DNA of 56,701 bases from assembly GCA_964592785.1 (NCBI GenBank), contig CAZQHU010000006.1:1-56701 (forward strand), given 5' to 3'. The stretch comes from an uncultured Gammaproteobacteria bacterium. GTDB taxonomy: Bacteria; Patescibacteriota; Patescibacteriia; Magasanikbacterales; UBA922. Positions 27,315-37,525 of this stretch are shown one piece after another. Numbering within the stretch: the first letter of the stretch is position 1; each line of letters starts with the position of its first letter. The notes beneath the pieces were generated by a model. The model was not told where the DNA came from and made no database searches. It saw nothing but the letters and a program-made list of their open reading frames with translations. Position numbers and translations under genes: made by a program.

Positions 27315-28181
27315 TTAAATACTTGAATCATGATCTAAAAAATATTTGGCTGTTGCCATAAGAGCCCATTTATCACCAGTATCAAAATAACGTCCACTAT
27401 ACTCATAGGCGTAGAAATCCCGACTCTGGGCCAACGTATTGGCCGCATCCAAGAACCAAATCTCGCCGGCTCGTCCACTCTTGGTCTTGGCAAGTATTGG
27501 CCAAATATCTGGTGTCAAAACATATCTCATCCCACCAATAATCAAACCTTGTTTGGATACATCTTTCAAATCTGGTTTTTCAAAAAATTTCTGGACTAAA
27601 TAAGTTTTCCCCATTCCTCGTTCCCCATTCCTCGTTCCCCTCGAATACACATTCCCATACTTCGTCATTTCTTGTTTATTTTTTATTTTTTGTACTCCGA
27701 TCACCGGGGCCTCTACTTCTGCAAAAACTTTTAACAGCTGCTTCACAGCCGGCTCACTACTACCGGCAATAATACTATCACCATCTGACAAAACAAATGA
27801 TTCATTTCCAACTGCTTTTCTAGCCATCAGCAAAGCGTGACCATTACCCAGAGCTTCCCGCTGATAAACATAGGTAATTTTAACTTTTTTGACCAACTCC
27901 ACCAAAGGCGCTAAATAATTATATTTATTTTTTTCTTTCAAAAATTTTTCAAATTTTAAATCACGCGTAAAATGATCAATAATCGCTTTTTTTTGTGGAG
28001 AAATAACAATGATTACCTCGCGAATTCCAGAATCAGCCATTTCCTCTACTAGATACTGAATAACCGGCTTATCCAAAACCGGCAAAAGTTCTTTGGGTAT
28101 GGCTTTGGTAGCAGGCAAAAAACGCGTACCCAAACCCGCGGCCAAAATCACTGCTTTTCGCACTTTTGATGTTCCTAACAT
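27315..28181 (-). CDS. galU: UTP-glucose-1-phosphate uridylyltransferase
   Basis: VILAAGLGTRFLPATKAIPKELLPVLDKP and QREALGNGHA motifs. Confidence 0.9.
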   Translation of the reverse strand: MLGTSKVRKAVILAAGLGTRFLPATKAIPKELLPVLDKPVIQYLVEEMADSGIREVIIVISPQKKAIIDHFTRDLKFEKFLKEKNKYNYLAPLVELVKKVKITYVYQREALGNGHALLMARKAVGNESFVLSDGDSIIAGSSEPAVKQLLKVFAEVEAPVIGVQKIKNKQEMTKYGNVYSRGTRNGERGMGKTYLVQKFFEKPDLKDVSKQGLIIGGMRYVLTPDIWPILAKTKSGRAGEIWFLDAANTLAQSRDFYAYEYSGRYFDTGDKWALMATAKYFLDHDSSI

Positions 28182-28206
28182 ATGGAATATTATACCAAAT
28201 TTTTAA

Positions 28207-29625
28207 TTAGTTGACCACTTCTTCCCAACTAATAAGTTCATAAGTACTTCCAACTGGAAAACCGGGTGGAGGATAGTAACGCAAATTGGCATCATAAATA
28301 TGTTCGGTATTCACATAACCAGAAATCACATTTCCATAACCATTGATATATTTCCAACCACCTCCAGAATAAGAAATTTGTGAACCAAAAATTCTTAGAA
28401 TATCTTTTAAATTTTCATAATAAAATGGCCGATAAATACCACCAAATTGGGAAAGCATGGCCGCATCTATTTCCATTTGTTCTGGAGTTTCATAGGGCAC
28501 CACGATGTCTCCTTGGGCAAAAAGCCCAATCACATCATCACTAGCTCTAGCCCCATAGACCAAGCTATTATTAATGTAAATTTTTTTGTAAGGCTCTTGA
28601 ACTGGAAATTTACCCACTGCTATCGCCACTCGACCATCAATAGTTCCTTCCACCCAAACATCATCTTCAATAAAAATCGCTCCATTGGCTGGAATATCGT
28701 GATTCTCCATGAAAGTTTCTGTCTTGATATCATAACAATAAATATCTCCATCCCAATACCAATCTTTCCATTTGCCACTATAGCGCCAACGGCCTTCGCC
28801 ATTATAACAATCCCGGGCTGAAACTTTGTAAAGATCAAAATTGGTGCCGCTGAATACCAAATGATAACCTTCTTTACCAGAAGAAGTGAGGTGAATTCCT
28901 CCATTATCTGCCAATTGACGAATACTATCCAAATCCGTGGTCACTGAATAAAAATCAATGGCCGGAACTGGAAATTGCCAAAAACTTTTGGGTTCGCCAC
29001 TCCCCCAAATACCATTTCTGGTACTGCAATTTCCCTCTCCAGGCCCTTCACAATATTCATACCGACTTTTGGCGCTCTTGATCCAAGAATCTGTGATCCC
29101 ATCAAAACGAATACCGCCATTGCTATGCACTGTGCCTTGAACCACTGTCGTAAAACCAAAATTCATATTGGCATTGGACAAAAAAGTATAGTCGGTCATG
29201 GCGGCTGCGCCCATACGTACTCGGATAGTCCGCCGAGCATTGGGTGTACTCAAAGCCCAACCGGTTGACTCCACTGTCACTACCGTACTTCCTGATAACG
29301 GAGGTGTAATTTGTAAAGAATAATAACCAATCAAGTTTCCATCTTTGTCCTCGTATTCATGAACATAGGGGCCTGGCTCTCCTGTACCATCGGTATAGTC
29401 AGTCTGATTATGGGCCAAGTGCCAACGATAATAATTTATTCCTGCTTCGGCAATTTGAAAAGCCAAATCTCGATTATGTTTACGCAAAGAAGCTTTGTTT
29501 TCAAAAATAGCATAGCTGGCCACTCCGCTAATGATCACCATAAAAGCCACTGAACCAAAAACCAAGGCAAACATCAAAATGCTCCCACGATTTTTATTAG
29601 TCAAAAATTTTAAAGCTTTAAACAT
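28207..29625 (-). CDS. PilX-like type IV pilus assembly protein
   Basis: N-terminal RGSILMFALVF..AFQIAEAGI (PilX N-terminus), beta-rich C-terminus. Confidence 0.75.
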   Translation of the reverse strand: MFKALKFLTNKNRGSILMFALVFGSVAFMVIISGVASYAIFENKASLRKHNRDLAFQIAEAGINYYRWHLAHNQTDYTDGTGEPGPYVHEYEDKDGNLIGYYSLQITPPLSGSTVVTVESTGWALSTPNARRTIRVRMGAAAMTDYTFLSNANMNFGFTTVVQGTVHSNGGIRFDGITDSWIKSAKSRYEYCEGPGEGNCSTRNGIWGSGEPKSFWQFPVPAIDFYSVTTDLDSIRQLADNGGIHLTSSGKEGYHLVFSGTNFDLYKVSARDCYNGEGRWRYSGKWKDWYWDGDIYCYDIKTETFMENHDIPANGAIFIEDDVWVEGTIDGRVAIAVGKFPVQEPYKKIYINNSLVYGARASDDVIGLFAQGDIVVPYETPEQMEIDAAMLSQFGGIYRPFYYENLKDILRIFGSQISYSGGGWKYINGYGNVISGYVNTEHIYDANLRYYPPPGFPVGSTYELISWEEVVN

Positions 29626-29685
29626 AAATAAATAGACTAAGAAATTTTGAAACTTTTCTTGTTAATTTACTAGCTTCTCAATTTT

Positions 29686-30288
29686 TTAATTACTTTTAAG
29701 ATTTCTTATTTGCGCCACGCTCTCCACACTCAAAGCCACCGGGGTCTTATCTGGATCATCTTCCAACTCCAAAAAAACTCTTACCACTCTAACTTCAGTA
29801 ACAATGACCGGCTGAACCAAAGCTGTCTCCACCCCTGTATAGTTTTGATCATAATAAGTAAAAACTGGAAAACCTCTGGCAATATTGGTCACATTGTGAG
29901 CCAAAGTAATGATTTCCTCATTGGCAGAATTGTAAGCCAAAGGATTACCACTTGGTTTGGTAATACCCTTTTGGAAGTCAGTGCCTTGTAAAAAAAATCT
30001 CACTTTTTCTTTGTAGCCATCATCATCCATATTGGCATAAAAACGAATTTCGTTTTCACTGGCCAACTCTATGGCGTAGGCCCCGGTGGAAGAAATCTCC
30101 GCTCGTCGTAAAGCATCCATTACCTGTTGTAAAACTTTACGCCCATCATTTTGTCTTTCTAGTTGTTTCCAAACAATTCGGTTATTCCGAAATGTATCAA
30201 CCATAAGCCAACTCACCGAACCAATGATCAGAGAAAAAATCCCCAAAGCGACCAACAATTCCAACAAAGTAAAACCTTTTTTATTCAT
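29686..30288 (-). CDS. Type IV minor pilin (PilW-like)
   Basis: Class III signal peptide KKG/FTLLELLVAL. Confidence 0.88.
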   Translation of the reverse strand: MNKKGFTLLELLVALGIFSLIIGSVSWLMVDTFRNNRIVWKQLERQNDGRKVLQQVMDALRRAEISSTGAYAIELASENEIRFYANMDDDGYKEKVRFFLQGTDFQKGITKPSGNPLAYNSANEEIITLAHNVTNIARGFPVFTYYDQNYTGVETALVQPVIVTEVRVVRVFLELEDDPDKTPVALSVESVAQIRNLKSN

Positions 30289-30294
30289 ATAATT

Positions 30295-32079
30295 TTAATT
30301 GGCGACTAAATCCACACCAATAACCATGCCTCCAGCCACTGAAACCGTTTGCGAAAAAGTTTGATAACCCTCACGTGAAACTTCCAAAGTATAACTATCA
30401 GCATTGAGCGCTCCAAAATATGCTTGGCCGGGTGGAGTGCAAGAAGTAATATATGTGAAAGACAAATCTGATAAAATCGGCGTGGTGGACAAATCTTCTG
30501 TGCTTAAAAAAACTTTGTAACGTAAATAACGATTGCTATTATGAATAGAATTGATCACTAAATTATTTTGATCATAATAAGTGCCACTGGTGCCGTCTGG
30601 ACCATAATAATCCCAAACTCCAACTGTGGAAGAATTACTGGTAGCAATCTGAAAACGAACTGGTGTGGCCCCTGTAGAAGTCGGCTGAGATAATGGTTCA
30701 AAAAATAAATTGACAAAATTGGCAGAAACTCCCAAATCAAAAACCGATGATTCCAAATAACCGCTCGAAACATAATTGGCTCCCACTTGGCTCAATTTGA
30801 CATCCCCACTAGGATCATTGATTTCCAATTTTCCATCATCAGCCCAATATTTGGTATTATTTATAAATTCCAATTGCCCCGTACCACCTGACCAATCAGT
30901 TTGATTGACAAAACCCACGCCAGTAGTTTTGGTTTGATCATAACCTGAAGCCGAAAGTCTGACAGTGGCGCCAGCCAAGGGCTGACCAGTAATACTATCT
31001 TTGACTGCTACCAGTAAATAATTGGTAGTGGCTGAACCCAAAATAATCTGAACCGGTTGGTTGGTTTCTGGCAATAAATTTATTGGCAAAGCTGGGATTG
31101 ATCCTAACAAATTATAACTTAAAGGACGCAAACTATAAGAATCCCAAACTAAATTATTAAAATTATAATCGCCACTGCTATTGGTAGAAATGTTTTGATT
31201 GATCAAAAAAACATCTGGTTCAATACCAATGACTTTGGTGCCCAAAATTTGCAGACCCACATTGCCAATCGAAGAGCAAGAATTATTGATAGTGGAAATA
31301 TTCAAAGAAGAAACTCTATCTATAGAAAAACTCACAGTCACCACATCTTGGGCCGCTACTGAAGCCAAAGGTTTGGTGGGATTGGGATTGGCAAGAGTGG
31401 AAGCCAAAGTACCATCGCTCGTGTATCCTTCTTTGGTAACATCTATTTGATAAACATTGATGCCAGCTGGTAAATCAACGATTTTTAGCATGCCTTCGTT
31501 GTCTGTAGTGTCAGTGATATCAATGGTAGTACTTGGAAAAGTCGCTACCACTCGAACATTGGCGCCAACTACTGGCGCGGCATTGGCGTCAAATACTTTG
31601 ATAAACAAAGCCCCGTTGGTGGCATTGCCCTCTAAATTTTTAGGAGAAATATAAGTGGATAAACGCGCGGGAGTCCGCTGGCCACAACGAGTACAAATAA
31701 TTTCCACTTCTACCAATTTATAATCTGCCGGCGCGGTATCATTGGGTGTGCCCCCGATCGTGCCGTCAAAAGGATCATCAATATTTCTAATAGTTCTCGT
31801 GATCAAAAAATCAATGCCACTTCGCGTAGTAGTAGTGGTGCGAGACAAAATACCAGCCGGACTACCATTGATAATCCCCACTTCGGTAAAAGGTAGGTTG
31901 CGAATAATCTCAATTTCTTCATTCAAAATTCCTGTTTCAATAATATGCAGACGAGAATTAAAAACAACTTTGAAAACATATTGGGTGCCAGAATAAATCC
32001 CTATAGCAAACAAAACAAACACCGCCACGCCGATGACGACTTCCAATAAACCAAAACCTCTTTTATTATTTATTTTCAT
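30295..32079 (-). CDS. Type IV prepilin with carboxypeptidase-regulatory-like beta-sandwich domains
   Basis: KRG/FGLLEVVIG; repeated ..V.D....PL.GATV.. beta-sandwich motifs. Confidence 0.82.
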   Translation of the reverse strand: MKINNKRGFGLLEVVIGVAVFVLFAIGIYSGTQYVFKVVFNSRLHIIETGILNEEIEIIRNLPFTEVGIINGSPAGILSRTTTTTRSGIDFLITRTIRNIDDPFDGTIGGTPNDTAPADYKLVEVEIICTRCGQRTPARLSTYISPKNLEGNATNGALFIKVFDANAAPVVGANVRVVATFPSTTIDITDTTDNEGMLKIVDLPAGINVYQIDVTKEGYTSDGTLASTLANPNPTKPLASVAAQDVVTVSFSIDRVSSLNISTINNSCSSIGNVGLQILGTKVIGIEPDVFLINQNISTNSSGDYNFNNLVWDSYSLRPLSYNLLGSIPALPINLLPETNQPVQIILGSATTNYLLVAVKDSITGQPLAGATVRLSASGYDQTKTTGVGFVNQTDWSGGTGQLEFINNTKYWADDGKLEINDPSGDVKLSQVGANYVSSGYLESSVFDLGVSANFVNLFFEPLSQPTSTGATPVRFQIATSNSSTVGVWDYYGPDGTSGTYYDQNNLVINSIHNSNRYLRYKVFLSTEDLSTTPILSDLSFTYITSCTPPGQAYFGALNADSYTLEVSREGYQTFSQTVSVAGGMVIGVDLVAN

Positions 32080-32198
32080 TGGCAGTATTATACCACATTT
32101 TCCAGATCTTGACTTTTTTGAGAAAATCTATCATAATATCCGAACTTTAACTAAAACTGCTCTTCCTGTTTTCGCAGGAATGATGCTTATAAAATATT

Positions 32199-33518
32199 AT
32201 GTCCCATACATTAAAAAAACTGGATAAATCTCAAGTGGAATTAATTGTGACCATTGAACCTCAAGATTATGAAAAACACTTGCAAACTGCGGCCACCAGA
32301 CTTTCACAAAGAACTGCTATCAAGGGTTTCCGTCCTGGACATGTGCCTTTTGAAGTTTTGAAAAAAGAAGTTGGAGAAATGGCTATTTTGAATGAAGCTT
32401 TGGAACAAATCGTGCAAGAAAGTTTTTATCAAGCTGTAACCAGTGAAAAACTGGAAACCATCGGCATGCCAAAGATTGAATTGGAAAAAGTAGCCCCTGG
32501 CAACAACCTGATTTACAAAGCCACCGTGGCTCTTTTGCCAACAGTAAAATTACCAGATCTAACAAAAATTAAAATTGAGAAAAAAATCAAAACTGTGGAA
32601 GAAAAGCATGTGGACGAAGTTATTGAAAACTTGCGCAAAATGCAAGCCAAAGAAGTAATAAAAAATGATAAAAAAGCCACAGCCGAAGACAAACTGGTGA
32701 TTGACATGGACATGTTTCTGGATAAAGTCCCAGTAGAAGGTGGTCAGGCCAAAGATTATCAAGTTTATTTAAGCGAACCTCATTATATTCCAGGATTCAA
32801 TGAACAGCTTCTGGGTTTAGGCAAAGATGAAGAAAAAGAATTCTCTCTTGATTTTCCACCTACACACTATCAAAAACACTTGGCAGGAAAAAATGTGCAG
32901 ATCAAAGTCAAAGTCAAAGATGTTTATGAGAGACAACTGCCGGAAATTTCTGATGACTTAGCCAAAAATCTAGGACAAGAATCTTTGGCCAAACTGCGTG
33001 AACTGATCAATGCCAACTTGGTAAACGAAGCCACCCAAAAAGCTGAGGAACAATTGGAGATTGCTATTTTGGAAGAACTGATTGCCAAATCTGAATTTCA
33101 AGAATTACCCGAGGTTTTGCTCGACGCGGAAAAACAAAAAATCTTTTATGAATTGCGCCATGACCTGGAAAAGCATGGGGTGACTATTAAACAATATTTG
33201 GCAGACATCAAAAAAAATCAAGAAGAATTGCAAGCAGGATTTCAAGAACAGGCTCTTAAACGTGCCAAAGCTTCTCTCATTTCTCGCCAAATCGCTACAG
33301 AAAATCATATTCATATCCACGATGAAGAACTGGATAAGGAAATAAAATTCATGGAAGATATTTACAAAGAAAACAAAGAATATCTAGAAAATCTCAAACG
33401 TCCTGAAGTGCGCGAAACTATTGCCCTCACTCTGCAAAATAAAAAAGTCATGCAATGGCTCAAAGCCAAAGTTCTAGGTGAAGAAATTCCTGAGGGAATT
33501 GTTCATGAACACCATTAA
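32199..33518 (+). CDS. tig: Trigger factor
   Basis: IKGFRPGHVP signature; FKBP-like YIPGFNEQLLG and FPPTHY. Confidence 0.96.
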   Translation: MSHTLKKLDKSQVELIVTIEPQDYEKHLQTAATRLSQRTAIKGFRPGHVPFEVLKKEVGEMAILNEALEQIVQESFYQAVTSEKLETIGMPKIELEKVAPGNNLIYKATVALLPTVKLPDLTKIKIEKKIKTVEEKHVDEVIENLRKMQAKEVIKNDKKATAEDKLVIDMDMFLDKVPVEGGQAKDYQVYLSEPHYIPGFNEQLLGLGKDEEKEFSLDFPPTHYQKHLAGKNVQIKVKVKDVYERQLPEISDDLAKNLGQESLAKLRELINANLVNEATQKAEEQLEIAILEELIAKSEFQELPEVLLDAEKQKIFYELRHDLEKHGVTIKQYLADIKKNQEELQAGFQEQALKRAKASLISRQIATENHIHIHDEELDKEIKFMEDIYKENKEYLENLKRPEVRETIALTLQNKKVMQWLKAKVLGEEIPEGIVHEHH

Positions 33519-33519
33519 A

Positions 33520-33617
33520 CCTTCCCCCCCTTGTAGGGGGAGATAAAGAGGGGGTTTATTTTAGTAACACGAACCCCACCGTCCGCTCTGAGCGGACACC
33601 TCCCCTACAAGGGGAGG
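33520..33617. repeat. Bipartite GC-rich palindromic element
   Basis: CCCCCC-TTGT-AGGGGGAG..GGGGG and CCCCACC-GTCCGCT/AGCGGAC-CCTCCCC-TACA-AGGGGAGG in inverted orientation. Confidence 0.7.
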
Positions 33618-33711
33618 AACACACAAAACCCGCCAGCAAAGCGGGTTTTATTTTAATCAAAACCTGCTATAATAAACATCATATAACTTTATCAACTTTC
33701 AACTTTTACCT

Positions 33712-34491
33712 ATGACCCCAGAACTAAAAATTGCCGTGCAAATTACCCAGGCTGTAAATAAATTGTTAATGAGCAAATTTAAACGGACTGGCAATGGCCA
33801 CATCCAATTTAAAAAACACGCGGAAATTGTCACCAACGCTGATCTGGAAGCCAATAAATATATTACCACCAAACTTCTCAAGCACTTTCCTGATCATGAT
33901 ATCATTAGTGAAGAAGCCAAAAAAATTGATAACCCAGGAATCAAAACTTGGTATATTGACCCGCTGGATGGCACTACCAATTTTGCCTATGGTTTTTTGG
34001 AATTTGCCACTTGTCTTTCTTTACAAAACAAAAAAGAAATTTTGTTGGGGGTTATTGGTTTGCCACCAGCTCAAGAAGTTTATTATGCAGAAAAAAAAGC
34101 AGGAGCTTGGTGCAATGGCAAAAAAATAAAAGTTTCTTCCACAGTCGCTATGGAAAATAGTATGTTTTTGCTTTGCACAGGACATTCCCCCGTTGGCAGA
34201 GGTCGTTATCAAAAATTATTGCAAAAACTGGACATCATTAAACTACGCTTCCGCTTTTTTTCTTCAGCTGGAGTAGAGCTCAGTGCCGTGGCCTCGGGAA
34301 AAGCCGATGCTGCTATTTTGGCCGAGGTTCATCCTTGGGATGTTTTGAGTGGAGTTCTGCTTATTCGTGAAGCTGGTGGTAGAGTCACCAACTGGCAGGG
34401 AAAAGATTGGCAAATCACGGATAATAATTTGATCGCCAGTAATGGTAAAATTCATGACAAAATTGTCAGATTGACGAAGGATATTAAATAA
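33712..34491 (+). CDS. suhB: Inositol monophosphatase family protein
   Basis: ISEE, WYIDPLDGTTNF and PWDVLSG motifs. Gene symbol is family-level. Confidence 0.88.
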   Translation: MTPELKIAVQITQAVNKLLMSKFKRTGNGHIQFKKHAEIVTNADLEANKYITTKLLKHFPDHDIISEEAKKIDNPGIKTWYIDPLDGTTNFAYGFLEFATCLSLQNKKEILLGVIGLPPAQEVYYAEKKAGAWCNGKKIKVSSTVAMENSMFLLCTGHSPVGRGRYQKLLQKLDIIKLRFRFFSSAGVELSAVASGKADAAILAEVHPWDVLSGVLLIREAGGRVTNWQGKDWQITDNNLIASNGKIHDKIVRLTKDIK

Positions 34492-34492
34492 T

Positions 34493-34717
34493 ATGCCAAC
34501 CTATAAACTAAAAATTGTTCCTAATTCCAGTAGAAATGAAATTGCGGAAGAAATGGCCGATGGCACTCTCAAAGTCAGACTCAAAGCTCCACCGGTAGAT
34601 GGCGAAGCCAATAAAGAACTGGTAAAATTTCTCAGCAAAGAGTGGAAAATCCCCAAAAGTAGCATAGAAATAAAAAAAGGAAAGACCAATAAAAATAAAA
34701 TAATTGAAATAAAATAA
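34493..34717 (+). CDS. DUF167 (YggU) family protein
   Basis: KAPPVDGEANKEL motif. Confidence 0.9.
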   Translation: MPTYKLKIVPNSSRNEIAEEMADGTLKVRLKAPPVDGEANKELVKFLSKEWKIPKSSIEIKKGKTNKNKIIEIK

Positions 34718-34788
34718 AAAACTGGGAAACTAAATTGCCGCTATCAAGCGGCAATTTTAATTTTTTAATTTCCTAGTTTTCAATTATT

Positions 34789-35913
34789 TTATTGTCTAAT
34801 CGGCATCACAATATAGAGATAGTCATCTTTATTTTTTTCCTTGAATAAACAAGGAGCATCTGGACCATTCATTTTAAATTCTCCTTCCTCAGTATTCATA
34901 CTTTGTAAACCGTCCAAAACATAACGATGATTCAATAATATGGAATTTTCTTCGCCACTTACTTCCGCCTCGATTTCTGAACTGTGTTCACCAGTCTGCG
35001 TAGAAGTGGACGAGATCGCGATCGACCCTTCACCAGCATTTAGATCAAAAGAAACCGCGTTGACCCCGGTCGTGGTAAATAAACTGGCAGCTTTTATTTT
35101 ATTCACCATGGTGGTAATGGCAAAAATAGCACTAGTCTTGAAATTGGCAGGAATGATCTGAGTATAGTCAGGATATTTTCCTTCTATCAAACGACTGGTC
35201 AATTCAAAATCATCAAAACGAATGGCAATCTGATTTTCACTAATCCACAATCTTACTTGATTTTCGCCCTGTTCTTCTTTGGAAAGAGTCAATAAACGAA
35301 TCACTTCTTGAACCGTTCTTGAAGGAACTATGGCTTTGGTAGATTCATTGCCTTGTTCTACTGACAGTTTTTTTTCTGATAAACGATAAGAATCAGTAGC
35401 CGCCAAAACCAAACCCTCATAATGATCAGTAAATAAGCCAAAATAAACCCCGGACAATTCTGGACGAATTTCATTTTTGGCTGTGGCTACCACCACTTGA
35501 GACAAGGAAGTTTTAAAATTATCAACTTTCACTACATAACCAAATTTTTCTTCCACTTCGGGCACGACTGGATACTCATCAGCCGGCGCGCCTTTTATTT
35601 TGGTTGAAGAAGTGCCACACTTGATCAGTAATTCATTTTCTTGCAACTCCACCTCTACTTGCTGATCTGGTAAAAGATGAACAAAATCAGTCAAAGTTTT
35701 GGCTGGTACTGTGAAAGATCCAGTTTTTTCCACCTTGGCTCGAAGATTGGCTCGTACTGCCATTTCTAGATTGGTGGCTACCAGACGCACTCCGGTTTCT
35801 TCTACTTGAATTAAAATATTTAATAAAATCGGTAAGTTGACCTGTTTGCCGGCAGCACTACTTACCAAATCCAAGGCGTGAGCCAAATTTTCTTTTAGGC
35901 AAGTGAACTTCAT
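34789..35913 (-). CDS. dnaN: DNA polymerase III beta clamp
   Basis: ATNLE, ATDSYRL, RLIEGKYPDY and C-terminal IVMPIR motifs. Confidence 0.98.
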   Translation of the reverse strand: MKFTCLKENLAHALDLVSSAAGKQVNLPILLNILIQVEETGVRLVATNLEMAVRANLRAKVEKTGSFTVPAKTLTDFVHLLPDQQVEVELQENELLIKCGTSSTKIKGAPADEYPVVPEVEEKFGYVVKVDNFKTSLSQVVVATAKNEIRPELSGVYFGLFTDHYEGLVLAATDSYRLSEKKLSVEQGNESTKAIVPSRTVQEVIRLLTLSKEEQGENQVRLWISENQIAIRFDDFELTSRLIEGKYPDYTQIIPANFKTSAIFAITTMVNKIKAASLFTTTGVNAVSFDLNAGEGSIAISSTSTQTGEHSSEIEAEVSGEENSILLNHRYVLDGLQSMNTEEGEFKMNGPDAPCLFKEKNKDDYLYIVMPIRQ

Positions 35914-36142
35914 ATTATTTTGTCTAATTTATATTTATATAAACAGTTATAGTAATAGGTATTGTGGACAAGGTGGATAAGTTGATTTTATTATTGAGAA
36001 ATTTGTTTTTAGTGGTGTTAATATTTTTTGTTTTGGTTCTTGATAAACTGTGTTTGTTTTTGTTTAGTTTTTTTGAGTTGTGTTTTAGTTGTTGATATTT
36101 GTGTTTTTTGTTAACAAGCTTATTTGGTTTTTACACAGCTTG
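35914..36142. other. Replication origin oriC (unwinding region)
   Basis: AT cluster, TAG-TAA-TAG trios (35950-35958) and tandem DnaA boxes TGTGGACAA/GGTGGATAA (35963-35980) between dnaA and dnaN. Strand composition visibly switches from C/A-rich to G/T-rich on + here. Confidence 0.85.
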
Positions 36143-37525
36143 TCAGATGTTATTGACGTATAATCTTTCTTTTATAGCTTTGATTTCTTGCTTGAGTTTG
36201 GCATCGTTTTCTATATCAGTACCGATCTTGGTGTGGGCGTGCATGGCGGTAGTATGGTCGCGTCCGCCCAGCTCTGAACCGATCGCGGGATAGGACATCT
36301 TGAGTTCTTCGCGCATGAGAAACATGATGATCTGTCGAGGAGTGGCCAAACGTTTTTCTCGGCTCTTGCCAGTGATGTCTTCAATAGCTACATCATAAAA
36401 TTCGGAAACTGTGAAAACCAATTCTTTGGGTGTGAGTGAACGTTTCATGCTTTGAGCTTCAAAACTGGAGAGAATGGATTTGATGCTTTCTTTATTTGGT
36501 TCAATGTTTTTTAGTTGATGAAAAGCAATCAATTTATTGAGTGCGCCTTCCAGTTCACGAATATTACTTTGAACAGTGGAAGCAACTAGGTTTAATAATT
36601 CTGGACTTAAATTGAAATTGTTTTCTTGACTGCGACGGCCCAAGATCGCGATGCGAGTTTCCAAATCAGGAGCAGCGATGTCTGCGATCATCCCCCACTC
36701 AAAACGAGAACGTAAGCGATCTTCTAGAGCAGGAATAGCTTTGGGTGGCCGGTCAGAAGTGAGTACCACTTGTTTGCCTTGTTGGTGAAGTTCATTGAAA
36801 GTATGAAAAAATTCTTCTTGAGTTTGTTCTTTGCCACCAATAAACTGTATATCATCGATCAAAAGCAAATCTACATTGCGATAGCGATCTTTGAATTCTT
36901 TTCCTCGTCCTTCTTTGACCGAAGAAATAAATTCATTGGTAAATTTTTCTGAAGTAACATAAAGAATTTTGGTGAGAGGATTGTTTTCCAGCATAGCATG
37001 CCCCACTGCTTGCAGGAGATGGGTTTTGCCTAGCCCTACCCCGCCGTAAATATAGAGAGGATTATAAGCTTCGCCCGGACGATTGGTGACTGCTTGAGCT
37101 GCTGCATGGGCCAATTCATTATGTTTGCCAACAATAAAATTGGCAAAAGTGTATTTGGGATTGAGACCAAACTTCGCGCCCAAAGATTTGGCAGGCTGAG
37201 AATAAATCGGATTATTGATAGTAGAAACAGCCGGAGCTTCTTCGCTCAAGGTGCATTCTTTTTCTTCGATCATCTTCATGTTTTCAACGCGATATTCTAT
37301 TTTTTTTACCGGTTTATTGGTAACACGCTCAATAGTTTTGACAATATCTGAATTGTATTTTTTTTCCAACCAACTCTTGGTAAAAGTATTGGGAACGCAA
37401 ATAGTCACTTGTCCGCCATTATAATTGGCAATGCCGGTATTTTTAAACCAAGTTGTAAAATTAGCTTTGGAAATTTTTAGTTCGAAATCAGCCAAGACTG
37501 ACTGCCAGATCTCATAATTAGTCAT
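36143..37525 (-). CDS. dnaA: Chromosomal replication initiator DnaA
   Basis: YNPLYIYGGVGLGKTHLL, IDDIQF and GGRDHTT motifs. Confidence 0.99.
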   Translation of the reverse strand: MTNYEIWQSVLADFELKISKANFTTWFKNTGIANYNGGQVTICVPNTFTKSWLEKKYNSDIVKTIERVTNKPVKKIEYRVENMKMIEEKECTLSEEAPAVSTINNPIYSQPAKSLGAKFGLNPKYTFANFIVGKHNELAHAAAQAVTNRPGEAYNPLYIYGGVGLGKTHLLQAVGHAMLENNPLTKILYVTSEKFTNEFISSVKEGRGKEFKDRYRNVDLLLIDDIQFIGGKEQTQEEFFHTFNELHQQGKQVVLTSDRPPKAIPALEDRLRSRFEWGMIADIAAPDLETRIAILGRRSQENNFNLSPELLNLVASTVQSNIRELEGALNKLIAFHQLKNIEPNKESIKSILSSFEAQSMKRSLTPKELVFTVSEFYDVAIEDITGKSREKRLATPRQIIMFLMREELKMSYPAIGSELGGRDHTTAMHAHTKIGTDIENDAKLKQEIKAIKERLYVNNI

